From an uncultured Planctomycetota bacterium (GTDB lineage: Bacteria > Planctomycetota > Phycisphaerae > Tepidisphaerales > Tepidisphaeraceae): a stretch of 64,000 bases of DNA. Position numbers and translations under genes: made by a program. The number at the start of each line of letters is the position of its first letter. Position 1 is the stretch's first letter. The stretch spans positions 288,001 through 352,000 of the forward strand of contig CAWJEN010000005.1 of assembly GCA_963841915.1 (NCBI GenBank). The letters are read 5' to 3'. Under the pieces are notes generated by a model, which saw only the letters and a program-made list of their open reading frames with translations, made no database searches and was not told the DNA's origin. Of this stretch, positions 61,225-64,000 are shown piece by piece.

Positions 61225-62241
61225 TCAGCCGGCGAAGTAGCGACGCTGCAAGGCAGCGTTGACCTGCGCGACCATGTGCCGAATGTCGGTAACGAACGTG
61301 TCGATCCCGATGGCTGCCACGTCGGCCGGTTCGGTATATTCGAGCCGGGCCGACATCTGACCGAGCAACCGCTCTGCGGGATCGATCGCCCCGCCGGCCA
61401 CGCTGCCGCTGCTTCGTCGGATCCGCTTCACCGCCCGCGTCGCGCCGTCAATGCTGTACCGCACCGTTCGCGGGTGCTCACTGCGCAGCAACAGGAACGC
61501 CGTCACCTGGCGCAGGTCGAGGTCGGTTGGGTGTTGCTGCCGGTAAGCCTCGATGCTGCAGCACATCCGAAGCGCCGCCATCAGCTGAATGTTGCGTAAC
61601 GGCGTCTCGAGCCTGTTACCCGCCTCCTCGAGGAACTTCGACCGGGCCGACACGATGCGGCACGTTGCATCCGCCCGCTCGAGTTGCCGACCGACAAGCG
61701 CGAAATCCCAACGCTGCCCGTGTGCCAGCGTTTGATCGGTCATGCCCTGGAACAGCATCGACCCGCGGATGACGTGGTCGAAAAGACTCTCCGTCGAGTC
61801 GCTCAGCATCGTCTCGGCCCCCTTGCCGTGGAGAGACCAGTAGAGCTCATTGATGAGCTGCCACATCTCTTCGCTGATTTCGCCGCGAACGCTGCGGGCA
61901 TTCTCGCGGGCCTTGGCGATGCTGGCGACGATGCCGGTGTCGGGCTCGAAGATGAGCTGCTGAATGCACGCATCGCCCGCGTTGCCGACCTCGAACTCCT
62001 CGGGTTCGGGCACGTCGAACGCCTCGAGCAATCCGAGCCACAAGCGGTCGCGGAGGTCGTCACCCATGTCGCCAGCGTCGAATGTCATGTCACCGGTCGC
62101 CATAGCGACGCGGGCCAGGTGCTCGGCCCGCTCGACGTATCTGGCGCACCAGAAAACGCTTTCAGCCACGCGCGAGAGCAACGGCCTTCCGGCAAGATTC
62201 ACAGGATCAATCGAGCCGTTTCTGGGCATGAGCAAAGTCAT
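61225..62241 (-). CDS. Alpha-E domain protein (DUF403)
   Basis: LLSRVAESVFW.ARYVERAE, ARENAR..R..IS.E.W, GRQLERAD, PRTV. Confidence 0.92.
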   Translation of the reverse strand: MTLLMPRNGSIDPVNLAGRPLLSRVAESVFWCARYVERAEHLARVAMATGDMTFDAGDMGDDLRDRLWLGLLEAFDVPEPEEFEVGNAGDACIQQLIFEPDTGIVASIAKARENARSVRGEISEEMWQLINELYWSLHGKGAETMLSDSTESLFDHVIRGSMLFQGMTDQTLAHGQRWDFALVGRQLERADATCRIVSARSKFLEEAGNRLETPLRNIQLMAALRMCCSIEAYRQQHPTDLDLRQVTAFLLLRSEHPRTVRYSIDGATRAVKRIRRSSGSVAGGAIDPAERLLGQMSARLEYTEPADVAAIGIDTFVTDIRHMVAQVNAALQRRYFAG

Positions 62242-63782
62242 TGCAGTACCTCCTTGGCTGCGACGTCAAGGTCGTCAGCTGCGTTGTCATCGTCGAGGAC
62301 CCACGTGTCCTTGCTCCCGCCGCCCTGACTGGAGTTGACGACGAGGCTGCCTTCGCGAAGCGCCACACGCGTCAGCCCGCCGGGCATGATCTTGACGTTA
62401 AAGCCACCCGAGCCGTCGGGGCTCGTGAGGATGTAAGGCCTCAAGTCGACCCGCCTCCCACGCCACTGTCCTTCGGGCGTCAGCGACGGGTGTTGACTCA
62501 GCTGCACGACCGGTTGGGCGATGAAGTTGCGCGGGTCGTCCTTGATCTTCTCGGCGTAGATCTCGCACTCCTCCTTCGTCGCCTGAAAGCCCATGTGCAG
62601 GCCGTAACCACCCGCCTCGTTAGTCGGCTTGACAACAAGCTCGTGCAGGTGCTCCAGGACGTACTTCCGATCGTCTTCGCGGCCGCACAGGTAGGTTGGC
62701 ACGTTGTCCAGAATCGGCTCCTGATCAAGGTAGAACCTGATCATCTCCGGCACAAATGGGTACACCGCCTTGTCGTCAGCGACACCTGCACCGGGCGCGT
62801 TGACGATGTTGACGTGGCCTGTTCGCAGGCAGTTCATGATGCCCGGCACGCCCAGCGAGCTGTCGGGCCTGAAGCAAAGTGGGTCGAGATAATCGTCGTC
62901 GATCCGCCGATAGATGACATCGACGCGACGCAGACCTGCAACCGTTCGCATGTAGACAAAATTGTCTCTGACGACCAGGTCGCGACCCTCGACGAGCTCG
63001 ACGCCCATCTGCCGAGCCAGGAAGCCGTGCTCGAAGTAGGCACTGTTGTAGATGCCGGGCGTCAGCACGACGACCGTCGGATCGTCTGCACCGTCAGGTG
63101 CACTGGCCCGAAGTGTCGCCCGCAGGTCGTACGGATAGTTCTCGACGGATCGCACGCGGTGACGCCCGAACAGCGTCGGCAGCACGCGCTTCATGACCGC
63201 GCGATTCTCCAGGACATAGCTCACGCCGCTGGGGCTTCGGCAGTTGTCTTCGAGGACTTTGTATCCGTCGGCATCGCGGATGAGGTCGCTGCCGCAAATG
63301 TGCACGTAGACGTCGCCCGGCATCCTGACGCCGAGCATCTCACGGCGGAACAGCTTGGCGGCGAGGATCAGCTTCGGCGGAACCTTGCGCTCTTTGAGGA
63401 TCTTCTGCTCGCCGTACACGTCGGCAATGAACAGGTTGAGCGCGATGATGCGCTGCTCGAGGCCCTTCTCGATGTGAGCCCACTCGCGACCGGGAATGAG
63501 CCGCGGCGCGAGGTCGAAGGGCATCGTCCGTTCGATGCCGCCGGTCCCCTTGGCCTCGTCGTAGACGGTGAATGTGATGCCCTGGTTGCGGAAGGACATC
63601 TCTGCCATCCGCTGGCGGCGTTCCAGCGACGGACCATCAAGTTGGAGCAAGCGATCGTAAACTTGCTCGTAGTGTGGCCGTGGGACTGGGCCACCGTCCT
63701 GCTCGTCGAACATCTCGTCGTAGATGCCGTCCGTCGCGTAACCGGAGAAACTGGGAGATGGTGAAGCGGTCGTGTCTGACAT
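62238..63782 (-). CDS. Circularly permuted type 2 ATP-grasp protein
   Basis: YDEMF, GITF.VY, VLEDN.R.PSG.SY, IYRRIDD, DLRPY, VVNSSQGGGSKDTWV. Confidence 0.94.
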   Translation of the reverse strand: MSDTTASPSPSFSGYATDGIYDEMFDEQDGGPVPRPHYEQVYDRLLQLDGPSLERRQRMAEMSFRNQGITFTVYDEAKGTGGIERTMPFDLAPRLIPGREWAHIEKGLEQRIIALNLFIADVYGEQKILKERKVPPKLILAAKLFRREMLGVRMPGDVYVHICGSDLIRDADGYKVLEDNCRSPSGVSYVLENRAVMKRVLPTLFGRHRVRSVENYPYDLRATLRASAPDGADDPTVVVLTPGIYNSAYFEHGFLARQMGVELVEGRDLVVRDNFVYMRTVAGLRRVDVIYRRIDDDYLDPLCFRPDSSLGVPGIMNCLRTGHVNIVNAPGAGVADDKAVYPFVPEMIRFYLDQEPILDNVPTYLCGREDDRKYVLEHLHELVVKPTNEAGGYGLHMGFQATKEECEIYAEKIKDDPRNFIAQPVVQLSQHPSLTPEGQWRGRRVDLRPYILTSPDGSGGFNVKIMPGGLTRVALREGSLVVNSSQGGGSKDTWVLDDDNAADDLDVAAKEVLQ

Positions 63783-63858
63783 GCGGCGGCGAACCGTAGG
63801 GCAGGTCAGGCCTCTCCTCCGAATTCACCACGCATCTGCATCGGGACACTTGCCCTTG

Positions 63859-64000
63859 TTAAAGCTCTGCCAGCTTCGCGTACAACGCGGCGGCGGTTCG
63901 GCGACCGGCGTGGAAGGCGCTGAGGTCCATCTTCTCGTTGGGTGCATGAAGGTTGTCGTCCGGCAGGCCGAAGCCGACGAAAAGCGTGTCGAGCCCGAGC
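63859..64000 (-). CDS. M20-family dipeptidase, C-terminal part (partial)
   Basis: Hand translation LGLDTLFVGFGLPDDNLHAPNEKMDL...AKLAEL*. Confidence 0.8.
   Translation of the reverse strand, partial: LGLDTLFVGFGLPDDNLHAPNEKMDLSAFHAGRRTAAALYAKLAEL

Overview
GC-rich bacterial chromosomal window, most likely Planctomycetota (Phycisphaerae/Tepidisphaerales-like). The lineage is inferred from LEPR/LESR-RLL N-terminal motifs, PEP-CTERM proteins paired with a prepilin-like gene, ATQP-rich linkers and a CxxCGYDL-CPECG membrane protein. About 55 densely packed CDS are present: housekeeping genes (nfi, rsmB, xseB, ispA, lpdA, murJ, P-II), an RND efflux system, egtB-egtD, ABC transporters, two rhomboids and a hybrid histidine kinase. 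No rRNA, tRNA, CRISPR array or transposase was seen. Most notable: (1) an A-family-like heme-copper oxidase (coxB-coxA-ctaA-ctaB) with all metal ligands intact but both D- and K-proton-channel residues replaced, an extra ~90 aa membrane insertion and no adjacent subunit III, lying next to a divergent PAS sensor kinase; (2) three parS-like palindromes, suggesting an origin-proximal locus; (3) a CP-ATP-grasp/alpha-E/two-transglutaminase cluster with a 15-Gln tail, interrupted by an islet (frameshifted PEP-CTERM, prepilin-like gene, membrane-anchored LuxR) that ends in an orphan plus-strand terminator; (4) a GH30-ankyrin-dockerin fusion. All calls come from reading motifs by eye; no searches were run, and several start codons were re-picked from the ORF track.
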